A stretch of DNA of 64,000 bases, taken from positions 10,423,035-10,487,034 of the forward strand of contig JARDVH010000121.1 of NCBI GenBank assembly GCA_030324005.1, read 5' to 3'. The translations under genes and the position numbers were made by a program. Shown one piece after another: positions 1-13,208 of the stretch. Under the pieces are notes generated by a model. The model had not been told where the DNA came from, made no database searches, and saw only the letters and a list, made by a program, of their open reading frames with translations. Source of the DNA: Negaprion brevirostris. Taxonomy: Eukaryota. Positions within the stretch are counted from its first letter, which is position 1, and each line of letters opens with the position of its first letter.

Positions 1-1605
1 AGCCAATAAGGTCCCCTCCATCTTAGCAAAAAATATATCTGATTCTCCACCTTGTCTATGCCTCTTATTATTTTGTAGAAATCTATCAGCCACCCCATGC
101 GCCCCCCCCCCAACTCCTCCACCCCAAACCCCCCTCTCACTGTCTTTCCAGTGAAAATATTCCTATTGTATTCAAACTCTCCTCATGACCAACGCCCTTC
201 AAAGCACACAGCATCCTGGGTGATCCTTTGTTGCACTCTCATCAACCCTTCCACGTGCTTCTGGTAGGGTGGAGAACAGAAACGAGTAAAATACAACAAA
301 TGCAGTCTAAACACAGTTCGAAATGGCCGCAACATCATTTGCCAACCCTTGTACTCAAAGCCCCAGTCGATGAAGGAATTCATGTCACATGTCACATCAA
401 CTTGGCCACATGTGTTGACACTATTAGGGAACTGTGGATATGCACGCTAAGATCCCTTTGCATTTTAGCATTCTAAGTATTGACATGGAAATATAGAAGC
501 ATGGATAATAAAAGCAGAAAGAGGCAATTCGGCCCTTCGAGTCCTCTCCGCCTTTTACCATGTCCACGTTTGATCGTCCAACTGAATAGCCTAATCCTGC
601 TTTCTGTCATTTGCAGTGTAATTCACACCTAAATTTGTTCCTCTTAATTGCACTTGGCCAGATTAAACTGCATCTGTCATTTCTGTGCTGAATTCTAAAA
701 TCTATCTACATCCTATTTTATCCTCTGACAAAAAGTGGCATTTCGATCAATTCCAGCAATCTTTGTGTCATTCACAAACTTACCAATAATACTACCCATA
801 TTTTTCTGTAGATAATTTATATATGCTACAAGCAACAAAAGCCCAACCAGTGATCCCTGCAGAACGCCATTAGCTACAGATCTCCATTCCGAAAATAAAC
901 CTTCCGCTTCTCTTCCCTGTTTTCTATGACCAAGCTAGTTCTGTGTACATCTTGGCAGCCCACCACGAATTTCAAGACTTCTGTATCAGTCTGCCAAATG
1001 GGACCCTCTCAATCACTTACTAACGTACATATAAACTACAACCACACCATAACTCTGCCCCCTCTTCAAAACGGAAATGGCCTTCCCCGTGCAAAATCAT
1101 GCTGCCTGTCACTAACTAGTCAACTTTTTTTCCAAATGTGCATATGTTTTGCTCATCGGGATCTTCTCCGAATGGTTCACTACTATTGATGTCATTCTCA
1201 CCGACCCACAATATCCTGCGTACCCCTGATTCCAATCTGAAACGGGGAAATAGAATTGGCTATTTGCCCGTCCTCTGGAACTTCGCCTGTTGTCAAGAAT
1301 GATGTGAAGTCATCCGTTAAGTCTCCAAATATTTCTTCCCTTGGCTCTTGCTGTAACATGGGATCGATCCCATCCGGACACATGGAGTCATCTACTCCAT
1401 TGCAATTTAAGATATCCAAAATTCCTCTGTCGAGAGACTGACCTTCTCAAGACTTTTCACATATTTATCCATCACATCAACAATCGCCATTCTCTTCTCC
1501 TTGGTGAATACCGATTCAAAGCAGTCATTAAGAATTTTACCCATTTCAATTCATCGTCCTAGAGTGGTCTTGGTATTCATATTGCTAACCCCTTGCTCCT
1601 AATGT
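1..1605 (-). mobile_element. Decayed CR1-clade LINE ORF2/3' region, interrupted at ~490-610 by the 3' tail of another CR1
   Basis: ORF 1198..1419 (PDGIDPMLQQEPREEI...TTGEVPEDGQIAN) resembles CR1 pre-RT PDGIHPRxLKE...GEVPEDWRIAN. ORF 183..395 (VFRLHLLYFTRFCSPPYQKHVEGLMRVQQR) resembles VRPHLEYCxQFWSPYxxKDxxxLERVQRR. Confidence 0.85.
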
Positions 1606-2481
1606 ATCCTGTTCGCCCTGAGCCACAGGTTTTGGATGTACAGGATAATGCCAGAGAAAAGCGGTCCCGTAAGTTAGCATTTTTTTCTCAGCCCATCTCC
1701 ACAGGATCAGTGTTCGTACGTGTTAGTCAATATAATTACTGAGCAAAGCACGCGTTGACTGCATCTCCGCGGGCAAGCTCCCCACTGGCACTCTCTCAAC
1801 CGTTACAGCTTTTCCTGCATTTGCGCATATTGTGCCAGCAGAAACAGAGCGGGAAGATTACGTTTGGAGACAGTCCTCTGCCCTACGAACTGCGACAGGA
1901 ACTCTAGAAAATTACTTTTCCATTCACATCGTCACGCAGCCTGTTGCCTAAACTCACCGACCTGTCAACCAATATCCAAAATTATCCACAGCTAATCTGC
2001 GCAGTTGTCAAAAAAGGATAAGGAATGCTAAATCTCGGTGGAACCTAGTTATGTGGAGGCAGATGAAACTTTTATCATCTGTTCATAGATATACACAACA
2101 ATAAGAGAAACACGCCTGTCAATCGGAGTGTATCGAGGAGATTCTGCTTGAGATGTTGAACGTGCCGATATCTCATTAACTGAATGGTATTTCAATTGCC
2201 TTCATCATAGTGGCATTACTGACGTTTCAGACCCATGGATTTTCATTTCCTTTATAATCTGTTTCATTTTTCTTGCATTCAGCGGTTTGAAGCATTAGCT
2301 TTGTTTCCTCAAAATAATGATACCTAGTGTTATCTATAATTGACACCTTGGAATTTAGATCATTTGTCATAAATCTAATCACGTTGTTTTATATCAGCTC
2401 GGTGAGTTTAAACCATAGTAAGGTGTGGTTTATTTAAAAGTGATGTCTTCAAACAAACAGTGATTTGCACATCATTTTCAG

Positions 2482-2508
2482 ATAAATTACTGCAAGAAAA
2501 AAATATAG
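2482..2508 (+). CDS. 27-nt phase 1-1 micro-exon candidate (D)KLLQEKNI
   Basis: catcattttcag|ATAAATTACTGCAAGAAAAAAATATAG|gtattc; open in phase 1; same size and phase as many others in the window. Confidence 0.55.
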   Translation: MNYCKKKI

Positions 2509-3235
2509 GTATTCCTTTTAAATTAAATTATAAATTAAAAAGTTGTTCTCAAAATTGCTGTTAAAGATGTTGATTCCGATTTAGTCATTTCTTAATGTGT
2601 CTTTGAGACGTGATGTAACCCTAATGGCTGTTGGAAGTGCTGCATTGACCGAGGGGCATTTTTTGCACGACATGATACGTCAATGTTCCATCTTCACACT
2701 GAAAGCGCAAAACAACAAGTTGCAAAAATTTGCGGAAGTTACGGGCACATTGCATCTCTGCTTTTTACGCCCAACTTGTGAAATTTGGCTGAATATTTGC
2801 CGCAACGCAAATGAAAATACACTTTGAAACACTTAATGGCTTTAACATATGCAGCGATAAACTGATTGACACCACGTGTTGGTTCACTTGCGCTTTGCCG
2901 ATTAATATCTATGAACGACATCATGTTTTACCTCGCTTTAGAGTGAAAGAGCTGGACTGCAATTGATTTACCTGCAACTTGACTTTCTATGCGGTTAAGC
3001 ATTAACAACATTGACGTCATGATCGGAATGTGAAATGAAACATAAATAAGATCAGACATATTCCCTTATTATGGCGTCATGGACTTTTTTTTTTGTTTGC
3101 CAATATCCAACACGTTTTTTTTTTATGTTATTACCCAATGGGCGTTTTTTCGACGTGTTTGTAAACTGATATTTTTTCTTTGAAAGCCAATGGCAGAAAC
3201 TAAACTGAAGTCGGGGGTATATTTGCTGATCGCAC

Positions 3236-3405
3236 TAAGAACCAAGAGTAAAGAACAGGAACAGGTCCCGAGGCACTCCAAGCCTGGGCCGGTCATGATG
3301 CCTGCCCAAACGAAAACTCTATGCACTTACGGATTCCGTATCCTTCCACTTCCATCTTTTCCATGTGTTTGTCCAGATGCCTCATAAATCCCGCTATCGT
3401 ATATG
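3236..3405 (-). mobile_element. CR1 LINE 3' end fragment
   Basis: Reverse complement resembles the CR1 3' tail at 24290-24460 (gcatctggacaaacacatg...gatacggaatccgtaa...ggcttggag...gttcttt). Confidence 0.75.
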
Positions 3406-3759
3406 CAGTAGCTATTTAATTAGAATAACACCAATATCACTGCAGAGATTTTGTTTTTGTATAGGCGACAGGCTTTCTTCACCGGAGAGATCATATAACC
3501 GATCTGCGACTTGCTCGCTTCATGCACGAATCCCTGTTGCCCATTCTTCTGAAAAAAAAATCTATACATACTGTGTTGGAACATGTTCACATGAATAACT
3601 CACAAAGGAAAGCAGCAGCAGTAAAATTCCCTGCACTACGTTTGATTCTTCTGGGGATGGGAGGAGAATGCTGCTTTAGAATCAATGTTTACATGTGATT
3701 CGATAATAAGGGGAATAAATATTTCTTTGTCAAAAAAAAGGACTCGTAGATTTCAAGGT

Positions 3760-4130
3760 TACTTCATTACGTTGAGGACGATTGCATGACATTCTGGAGT
3801 CGAAGGGTGAACGATATTGGCGGTGTGGGGGGGGGGGGGTGGATGAGTGCCAAAGACAGAAAAAAAATCGCTATCGAAGAGTTTTGTCAATTGGGACCTC
3901 AATAGTAGTCATTTCAGGATCACTAACAGTTTCATCTGTTACTCAGTGCAAAAATATTAGAATATTTCAAATGAATACGTGGCTGAATTTATGGTGCGAG
4001 GGCGGGACGGGCGGAATGGGCGGGAAGGTGTTTTGGTAAAGGGAGAGGACGTAATTCAGATTCTTAAGGCTTTGGGACAGATTCAGAGGCGGATGGAACA
4101 AATGGAAACCATACCTGAATAGGTCAGGGA
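3760..4130 (+). mobile_element. Possible decayed L1/Tx1 ORF2 C-terminal fragment
   Basis: Broken frames give FWSRRV, WLNLW and WDRFRGGWNKWKPYLN, resembling the fish L1 ORF2 C-terminal F..KW.P.L motif; weak. Confidence 0.25.
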
Positions 4131-6509
4131 CTGACGTCTTAAGTGGTGTGTTTTGCAAAAGCTTGTTGCAGAGGATTTAACGTAAATGGGAGGAGCATTA
4201 GAGAATATGCAAGATTTCGGGCTGGGTGGGGATGCGCAGGGAGGTGATTAAGGATGTGACTCATACACAGAAGGACGAATAAGATAGTCAGAGAAACAAA
4301 GTGCCAGATTTAACTGGGATCCCAGTGGAACATACACTGAACACGAACAGTAATGTTAACATTTTGAGACGAAATTCTTTCTGTCCAAACACACGGGGAA
4401 ATAACAAAAGGCAAATATGAAGTCCGAAAAACAGCATATTAGGAGTTACAAAGAAAGTTTGAATTGATTTGTAATATATTTTTAAATTAATCGTCCAGTT
4501 AAGTGAACAGGTATGATGTGGTGATTTTGACAATTACCTTAAATGTGAAATTAGACATGCATGCGATTAATGCCCGTCTCCAAATATGATTAATTGTAAT
4601 CAGCATATAGATTAGGAAAATGAAATCAGTTAAACGACCGTTGAGGAAGAATTCGTGAAGAATTCCAGCTAGGCAATCTGCAATCACGAAGGAACTATTG
4701 GCAACCTCATTGCTTGACACTGCCCTTGGGGATGAATGTCAATAACATGATTCAATTGTTCTTCGAGCTGGAGAGTTACTTAACTGGCACTGAGACCCGG
4801 GTCCCGAATCTAAACAAAATACTCTATGATGCCATATGGCATGAGCTAGCAATAATAGATCAGCAAACTTAGCTTGAAGGGTTGACGTTTATGGAAAATG
4901 GCAGGCGTTGTAGGAATTCATGGATGAAGTCCAAATATCATTTCTTCGTGTTTGACACAAAAGTCAAATAGGAACGGTGGCCAAACCATGGATTACAGGG
5001 GAAATTGGAAATATTATGAGATCCAAGTGAGAGGCATAGAACTTGGCCAGGTAAAGCAACGGACTTTAAGACTAACAGAAGTTTAGAATTCGGAAAATGA
5101 GAACCCAGGAACTGCTCAAGAAGGGAAAATGGAATATGAGAGGAAGCCCATGGGGAATTGAAAAAGCAAAGACTGAAAATTGATATGCAATTATATGACG
5201 AGAAACAATTACTGAAGTTAAATGTAGGTCCCTTACATTCAGGAATAAGGAGCAACAAAATTCCTGACCATCTGACAACATGCCATCTTGACAAAGTTGG
5301 AAGAAAATGTAAGCACATTTTTTTTTTTAATTACGAGTATACATAGAGGAAGAGCATAACGAAAGTAAATGTTGGCCATTTTGAGGAGGATACTAGTGAA
5401 ATGTTAATGGGAAACACAGAGGCGGCAGCTGTACGAAACCAACATTTTACTTCTATGCCCACGGAAGAAGATATGACAATTTTCCAAAAGCGAGCTATCG
5501 TTAATTTAGAGCAACTTGATGGAATTAGCATCAGTAGTGAGAGGGTATTGAACATACTAACGATATGAAAGGCAGATAAGAATCTTGGAATTTACGACCT
5601 GCACCGGAGAATATTAAAGGAGTTCGCAGCAATGACGATGCAGGCAATGGTTGGGATAGTACAAAATTCCTTGGACACTGGTAAGGTTCCCGTGGAATGG
5701 AACAGACAAATCTAACGCCCCTACTCAAAAAGTGAGTGAGATTAAAAGTAGGTAACTTTAGGGCAGTTAGCTTGAACTTTCTGGCGGGCATGTTGCTGGA
5801 ATCTATCATTAAGGTGGAGGTGAATAAACATTTGGAAAAACAAAAGCACAACCACAATTCCTAAGCATGATTTTATGTAGGGAAAAATCATGCTTGACAA
5901 GAGTTCTTGAGTTATTTGGTGACGTTGCCATCGAGGTGGATAGTGAACTGCCTATGGATGCCATAAAATTGGACGTCCAGAAGGCGTTTGCTGAAGTGCC
6001 ACGTAGAAGACTGATTCAGGAGGTGAGATCGCAGAGAATTGGGGTGAAGTATCAAATTGGATTGAGGATTGGCTAACTGACAAAAATCCGAACATCAGGA
6101 TAAAATGACATTTCCCTGTCTGGTGAAATGTAACAAGCTAATGTGATAAGCGTGAGAATATCATTTTTCGCAGAAAAAAACTAATACAGAGACAAATTAT
6201 TACCTAAATGGTAAGCATATTCAAAATGAGGCACGCAGAGGGATCAGGGTGTCTTTCTCCATGAATCACACGAGTCAGTGTGCACGTGCAGAATTTACTT
6301 TTTAAAGGCAAATAGTACGTTGGCGTTTGCCGCAAAAGGGCTGGAGTATAATGAATTGAGCTGTTGTTGTATTTGTCTAGGGTGTTGCTGAGATCAGATC
6401 CGATGAATTGTGTTCACTTTTGATCTCGTCACTTGAGGAGGGATGTGCTGACATTGGAGAAAGTTCAGAGAAGTTCAACAGAATAGTTCAGGATGAAGGA
6501 ATTAGATCA

Positions 6510-7690
6510 AGGAACAAAGAACAAAAAAAAACACAGGAACAGGTCTTTCCGCCCTCTCAACCTGCGCCGACCATGCTGCCCGACTGTACTAAAAATCCCT
6601 ACCCTTCCGGGGACCATATCTCTCCATTCCCATCCTATTCATGCATTTGTCCAGAAGCCCTTTTGAAGTCACAATCATATCTGCTTCCATTACGCCCCAC
6701 GGTAGCGAGTTCCAGGCACCCGCCAACCTCTGTCGAAAAAAAACAGTGAGAAGTCTCACAACACTAGGCTATAGTCCAACAGGTTTATTTGGTAGCACAA
6801 ACCACAAGCTTTCAGAGCACTGTGAAGGGGCAGTTCTCCGAAAGTTGTGGTTTGTGCTACTGCATAAACTGTTGGACTTTAACCTGGTGTTGTCAGACTT
6901 CTTACTGTGCTTACCCCAGTCCAACACCTACACTGCCACATCAGAAAACTAAAACACATGTCTCATACATCTCTTATAAATCTTATCGTACCAGCAGCAA
7001 TTTAGGGAGTTAGTAGTAAGTTTAAAAAAAACAGGATCTCTCACTACCCAGTCTTTTTACCTGGCACTTTAGCGCCTTAAACCTATGCCCCATAGTAATT
7101 GGCACTTCTACACTGGGAAAAGGCTTCTGGCTAACCATTCTGTCCATGCCATTTATAATCGTGTACACTTCCATCTGGTCACTGTCAATCTCAGTCGTTA
7201 CAGTGAGGCCAATCCAAGTTTCGCCCAATTCTCCTTATAGCTCATACGATTCATACCAGGCAACCTCCTGCTAAATCTTTTCTCTACTCTCTCTAGGCCA
7301 CATCCTTCTGGGAGTGTGGAGGCTAGAATTGTTCACTACATTGCAAGTGTTGCCCAACTACGTTTCTATAAAGCTGCAACACGACTTGCCATTTATAAAA
7401 AAAACTCGAAGTCTTGGCCGTTGAAGGCTTGCATGCCAAAGACCTTCTCAGCAAAGTTCCCACCTTTGTTGCCACTCTCAGTGACCTGAGTCTACACTCA
7501 GATCGACCAGCCTGCCAATACTCTTAAGACTTCTGCCATTTACTCTTTATTAACTCTTCCAAAATGCATAACCTCAAATTTATCAGGATAAAACTCCACC
7601 TGACATTTCTCCGCCCAAGTGTCCAACCGATATACATCTGGCTGTATCCTCTGCCATTCCTCATCACTATCTGCAAGTTCGCTAACCTTG
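6510..7690 (-). mobile_element. CR1 LINE 3' ~1.2 kb inserted antisense into the above CR1
   Basis: ORF 7540..7761 ADSDEEWQRIQPDVYRLDTWAEKCQVEFYPDKFEVMHFGR; 3' tail read as aacaaagaaca at ~6513. Confidence 0.85.
6743..6943. mobile_element. Palindromic Penelope-like element terminal remnant (fold-back)
   Basis: Arms ~6743-6817 and ~6836-6908 are imperfect reverse complements; same family as 37125-37505 and 37915-38050. Confidence 0.75.
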
Positions 7691-7999
7691 AAGAACTTGA
7701 GGTGAAAAAGATCGAAGGATATTGGGGAAGTTGGGAATAAGCTATTGCGTGGGACCATCATCCATGATCATATAGAACTGCGGAGAAGTTTAGAATGGCT
7801 GAAGTTCCTGCATCTGTTCTATGTTCTATATGCCTTTGTCTCAATTTCGGTCTTTGGCGTGCATTGTCCCTGGGCATTGCAGCGTGACTGAGCTAACTCC
7901 AATGGCATCTTGTAAAACGTGTGTTCTGCAGCCTGAATAATAATCTTCTAATTAAGAAAATGATTCTGTCCCTGACTGCAATACATGACTTTTAAATCA

Positions 8000-10200
8000 C
8001 ACAAACACAGGAAATGTTGAAAAATATTCGCAAGTCTGAATACATTTGCAAAGAGAGAATAGAGCCAAAGATTCAGGTCGGCCTGATCTGAGTGGGAGAT
8101 GAATCCAAAGAAATTTGGATAAGATTTGTGTTATAAAAGTGAGGAGAGTGGCACGGGTGGTAACAGTTGACAGGAGTACGGTAGGGTGAGGGAAGAATTG
8201 GCGAATGTTGACTGGGGGAGCGCGTTGGAAGGTAGGTCTGCTGAGGAGCAGTGGAGGATCTTTNNNNNNNNNNNNNNNNNNNNNNNNNNNNNNNNNNNNN
8301 NNNNNNNNNNNNNNNNNNNNNNNNNNNNNNNNNNNNNNNNNNNNNNNNNNNNNNNNNNNNNNNGGGGCAGGCTCGAAGGGCTGGATGGCCTACTCCTGCT
8401 CCTATTTCTTATGTTCTTATGTTCTTATGAATAACGTCGAGAGAAAAAAAGGTCAAGAGAATGCAAATGGTGAGGATAACGATAGAATATTTCTCAGACC
8501 GTCCATTAAATAACGGATGATACAAATGGCAGAACAAATGTGCAAAGTGCAGGGATATATGTGCAAGTGATAGAGAGCTGGAAAACGAAGGCTGTGAAGC
8601 AAGGTGGTAAACTTTAGAAGTGGAAGATCAAAAATAAGAATATAAAGCAATCTAATTTTGGAATGACATGGAAAAGAAGATATCAAGCACAAAAGCGCAC
8701 ACAGCGGTGAAGTGCCTAATCGGAAGCCGTACCACTGTTTGTTCAGTTTACCTTAGACTTCAAAGCAACTTTGCAAAATGCCAAGGATAGACATCTGGGC
8801 AGGAGAGTACCGTGCGTTGTTGACATATCAAGCAACAGGAAGGCCTCCATCCTGCTTGTGAATGGAGCAATGTGTACTGCAAAGCGATCATTCACTGTCG
8901 GTTTAGCTTCATTGATGTAGGAGCAGCGAATGCAATAGACCAGATTAAAAGATGCACGCGCGAAGTGCAGCTTCACGGCAAAATACTTTTCGGGCCCTGG
9001 GATTGTGAGCAGGGAGGAGATGAAAATGTATGTGATGCATTTATAACAATAGAATGACAAGGTGTTAGTGGTGGAGGGTAAAATGTTGGGTGAGATGGGG
9101 GAAGGCGCCCTGACATCTCAGAGGAACTAGAGCCAACAGAGAATGGACAAGTTGGGTGAGGAGATAAGAGGAACATATGTTGTGTGGTATCCTCATGTTC
9201 GAATTCCCGGAAATTACGGAGAATGATCACTTGAACTTGGATGGAGAAAAGCATGGAGAATACAGACTATTTATGTTTCTAGGAGGGAGGGGAACAGTGT
9301 GAGCAGCAAATCGGGTGATGGATCGCTCACGGCTGAGAACTCTGACAAATATAGTGGGTGAAGAAACATGATTTTGGAATAATAAGTTAATGCCACCAAC
9401 ATTTTTTTTTAATGTTCAATCATCAGGTCAGATATGACAGAAGCAAATGAAGTGAGAAAATGAGATGAATTCTTACACCATGTAACGTGTGAGCAGCTGT
9501 AGACAGATGAAGTGTTGGAGTCTCTGAGCTTTCTGGTCTCCAGAGAACAAGAATGTGAATGTTTCACAGTGGTACAAAAATGGTTTAACGGAATGTTGCC
9601 TGCTCTGGAGGATATTAGCTCTGAGGAGAGATTGGATAATTTGGTCTGTTCTTACTGGAATGACCTAGGTTGAGGGGTGACCTGACAGATAATTACAAAG
9701 ATTATGAGCTGCATGAACAAAGTTGATAGTCAGATGTTTTTTTTTCTTGGATAGAAGAGTCAAGTACGAGGAGACATAGGATTAAGTTGTGTGGGGGAAA
9801 CTTTAGAGGAGATGGGAAAGGCAAAGTTTTTGATACAAATGTGGTGAATGTCTGAAACGATCTGCTCGAGGTGGTGGAACAGGTGCAATACCGTCATTTC
9901 AGGAGCAGCTAAATAAAAAAATAATGATTGGTTGGGGATGGAGGGATGGAGACTCGGTAAGAGCATGCAGTTTTAGTATAGGCAGATATCGCGATCTGCA
10001 TGGCCTTGGAAGGCCGAGGCGTCTGACCCTGTGCTGTGCTTTTTTTTCGTCATGGATGCTGGTGTGCAGTCCATTACTAGAAGTAGAGACGCAAAGGTCT
10101 AGGGAAGGAACTAAAGATTCAGTGATGAAACATCTGACGGTGATATTGCGTGGCAACCTTTTTGAAACTTATTCAGAAGAGCAGATGATGTAAAGACGCC
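8000..10200 (-). mobile_element. Decayed Penelope-like retroelement (RT C-terminus + GIY-YIG endonuclease), interrupted by CR1 pieces at ~8170-8430 and ~9570-10045
   Basis: ORF 8743..9060 TIPGPEKYFAVKLHFARASFNLVYCIRCSYINEAKPTVNDRFAVH resembles GIY-YIG (NLVYCIRC..YIGET...DRFAEH). ORF 8973..9254 IILRNFREFEHEDTTQHMF. ORF 9899..10156 SLVPSLDLCVS resembles the RT LPFLD motif. Confidence 0.8.
9570..10045 (+). mobile_element. CR1 LINE 3' fragment
   Basis: ggaatgttgcctg...gaggagagattggata...aggttgaggggtgacctgac...gtggtgaatgtctg matches other CR1 3' ends in the window. Confidence 0.8.
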
Positions 10201-10674
10201 ATAGATGTAAATGGATATCTCAAAATTGGAGCAGGACTATGCAAAGGATGAGCATCCTAATTTGTTGTGATTATCCTGAAGATTCCCTAACCCCCGATGA
10301 AAAGGCGATCTTTCATGATTAACTACCTCCAAACACGATTTGAACCAACACAAGAATCATGGGATCAGCATTTTGCTTTCATTGTTAGTGGACTTCAGTC
10401 TCTTTGAGCTGGTGGATTTGCCCTCCAAGGAATACGCTTGATGGAAAAATGGTGAAAGCCATTCAACATATTTTCATGCTTAGTTTATTGTTTTTGTAAC
10501 CCTCGCCAATACAACATCAGCAAGCCATCCAGCTAACCCCACTAACCAACGCTAAATGTGGTTATTTTAGATTGTGAATGGTTTCCATGAGGAGTACTAC
10601 AAGGAAAATAACATCTCATTTGCTATGCAAATGTATGGATAAATTGTGTCATTTGTTCAATTTTTCTGAGTATG

Positions 10675-10711
<37 letters not shown>

Positions 10712-10818
10712 GTAGATNNNNNNNNNNNNNNNNNNNNNNNNNNNNNNNNNNNNNNNNNNNNNNNNNNNNNNNNNNNNNNNNNNNNNNNNNNNNNNNNNNN
10801 NNNNNNNNNNNNNNNNNG

Positions 10819-10884
<66 letters not shown>

Positions 10885-10885
10885 C
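10675..10885 (+). repeat. (GATA)n microsatellite spanning an assembly gap
   Basis: Direct reading; source of the LSIY/YLSI/IYLS ORFs. Confidence 0.97.
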
Positions 10886-11675
10886 CGACCACAAGTCAAG
10901 TGCAGGAAATTTCAAAGAATGGCATGTTTACGCCTAAAAGAAAGATCCTGGCTAAAGTCAAATATGGTTTTATTCAGTATTTTCCAAATACTAAGGACTA
11001 AACCATATTTTTCGAACTAAATTTACGAATTGATTTACACAACACAACCTGGTGTCCCCAAAACCCAATGCGAGGTTGGAGATGCTGGAAATTTTTATTT
11101 TTAGTTTCAGATAATTGGCGATGTCTTCATGAACTTCACATTTTCCACGAGCATTTAAACAGGCAATACGTAACTCAAATGTAATCTGAAAGAGGATGGG
11201 GCTCTAATACATGTCATCTATTACATAGTCCATTTTTGAAAACACTACCTATCGCTTCCAAAAATGCAGCGATAATTGCAACACCAAAACAATGTGTCAC
11301 AAGGCAAAGCTTTAAAATAGTTGACAGATGAATGCAAGTCATCATGCTACTTTATTAAAAGCTGCTGTAGTAACAACCAGTTCGGGAAATACATCTTCCA
11401 AGCTTACCTGGGCTGGCCTACGTTTCACTCCAAACTGACACCAATGCTTTTAACTCTTCGATGCCCTGCCAGTTGACTAATCAATCTTGCCAGCGGCAGT
11501 CATGTCACATGAAANNNNNNNNNNNNNNNNNNNNNNNNNNNNNNNNNNNNNNNNNNGAAATAATACAACAACTAAAAACAACTTTCAATACAGGAATAGG
11601 TTAACATGGCAAAAATGTCACGAGGAGAACCTCAGGTTCTGTTCCAATTCAGTTACAAAACATCTTGACCAACAG

Positions 11676-11702
11676 AGACTAGTACCGTGCAGGCGGAGAT
11701 AT
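11676..11702 (+). CDS. 27-nt phase 1-1 micro-exon candidate (E)TSTVQAEI
   Basis: cttgaccaacag|AGACTAGTACCGTGCAGGCGGAGATAT|gtatgt. Confidence 0.5.
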
Positions 11703-12103
11703 GTATGTGATTAATTAGCACAGCATGAAGGATTGTTTTCAGCTACAGACAAGAATGGAATTGGTCTATCCTGCAATCAATAAGAGAGGAAATTACAAGA
11801 GAACTCCTATCCAAATGTACCGTCAGGTCCGTGAGCATATTGAGCGGCACGAGCGTTATGTGTTTGTAGGCAAATGCATTTAGGAATGCCGAGTGAGCTG
11901 ACCTCTTTGAACTTTTATTGGGAATCACCAACACAATACTTACTAGTGTTAATTGCAATATATACATTGCCGTCAACAAATGCCTTGCCCATCGACGCAG
12001 GTAGGCAATCTGTCATTAAATCCTGTTGGTTGATTAGTTACAAAGTATGAACTAGCAACAAATTAAACACTTATTCGAGCCAGGTTCCAACCACCCCATT
12101 CAG

Positions 12104-12130
12104 AAATTCGCACGAATTGCCTCAATGTAG
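12104..12130 (+). CDS. 27-nt micro-exon candidate (E)IRTNCLNV with GC donor (non-canonical or mutated)
   Basis: ccccattcag|AAATTCGCACGAATTGCCTCAATGTAG|gcaaca; peptide resembles exon 47897-47923 (ELRSHFLTV). Confidence 0.4.
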   Translation, partial: KFARIASM

Positions 12131-13172
12131 GCAACAATCTGGCTACTCACGACCCCCTGAGAACCTTGAAGGAATGCAGTGATTACAATGCAAATACGTG
12201 ACACTCACTCACCAGGATGCCAGTTGCTGGCAGGCAGTCCATCTTTCGCATGTCCCATGCAGTCTGACCACACTTCAGGAATTGAATCCATGATGGTCAG
12301 AAGAGCTGAGTTGCAGCCCAAAGATGAAAATGCTTGCCTCTGAAAGTACAGATATGTTTTATATCTTCTGGTATTAAGAAAGTTTTGTAAGTTTTAGGGC
12401 AATGACAACTGTGCACATTATCCAACAAGCCAAGTGCATGCATGGTGTAAAGTAAAATTATTGATGGTAACCAAGCATATTGATTGGCCTCAGGACTTGG
12501 TATCATTCCAGTAATGATGGCCTATCTACAAGAACAGCAGAAGTGATGATGCTTACAGTTAACTAAAGGCTGTTCCATCCCAAGGCCGAAAGAGAATCAA
12601 TCCCTGACAGCACATAAAGAAAGTTTTGGCAAAGTTAAAACTCAGACTAATGCATGACACGTGACATGTAGATGAAACTCAGTATCATTGGCTCTGACAA
12701 GTGGGAATGGTGCCACCATGTCCGTCAATATCAGCAGCATCATCAGCACGATCATTAATGTCCTAATCGACCTCATGTGACTTTGCAAGCAGTTGCTGAT
12801 ACAATTTAAGTACAGCTGTATTGAGCAAAAAAAAAACAACGCACTCAGTGATTGATACGCTTCTTTCATCACTTGGCTCCATCCCCAGTTTTTCTCTGGC
12901 GCTTTTTGACTTGATTCAGTACACAACAAGAATCTGAGGATCATAACCATCATCATAGAACGAAAATGTTATGTGGCAGTTTTACCGAATCGCAGCAGTT
13001 TAACAAACATAAAACTATATGGGTCAGAAATTGCGAATTCAGTTGCCGCTGAGAGAACAGACGCGTCAACGATACCCTGGCACAATCATATTTGATTGGT
13101 GGTTCCTGCCCTGGACGTGTAATTTGATGGGAAATATACAGATGTATTTAGTTACATTTATTTGTATTTCAG

Positions 13173-13208
13173 AACTGGACAATTTGAGACAAGCTCTGCA
13201 ACAAACAG
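13173..13208 (+). CDS. 36-nt phase 1-1 micro-exon candidate (E)LDNLRQALQQT
   Basis: tttatttgtatttcag|AACTGGAC...CAAACAG|gtgtgc; amphipathic; same class as 45772 and 51755. Confidence 0.6.

Larger units (their letters stand above)
4650..7830 (+). mobile_element. Decayed CR1 LINE (ORF2 to 3' tail), split by nested insertions at ~6510-7690
   Basis: ORF 5867..6076 KSCLTRVLELFGDV...DAIKLDVQKAFAEVPRRRLI resembles RT SCLTNLLEFF...YLDFQKAFDKVPH. The 3' tail (gttctatgttctat) resumes at ~7700-7830. Confidence 0.85.

Noticed and set aside
3320-3410. Apparent minus-strand exon ending in gtaagtg
   Set aside because: It lies within a CR1 3' tail.
11403-11470. Minus-strand AG...gtaagc cassette (GIEELKALVSVWSET)
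   Set aside because: Stops in all three frames; isolated.
11743-11763. 21-nt cassette (A)TDKNGI; similarly a 9-nt cassette at 13271-13279
   Set aside because: They would need 40-nt and 62-nt introns from neighbouring candidates, and the 21-nt one has a weak donor.
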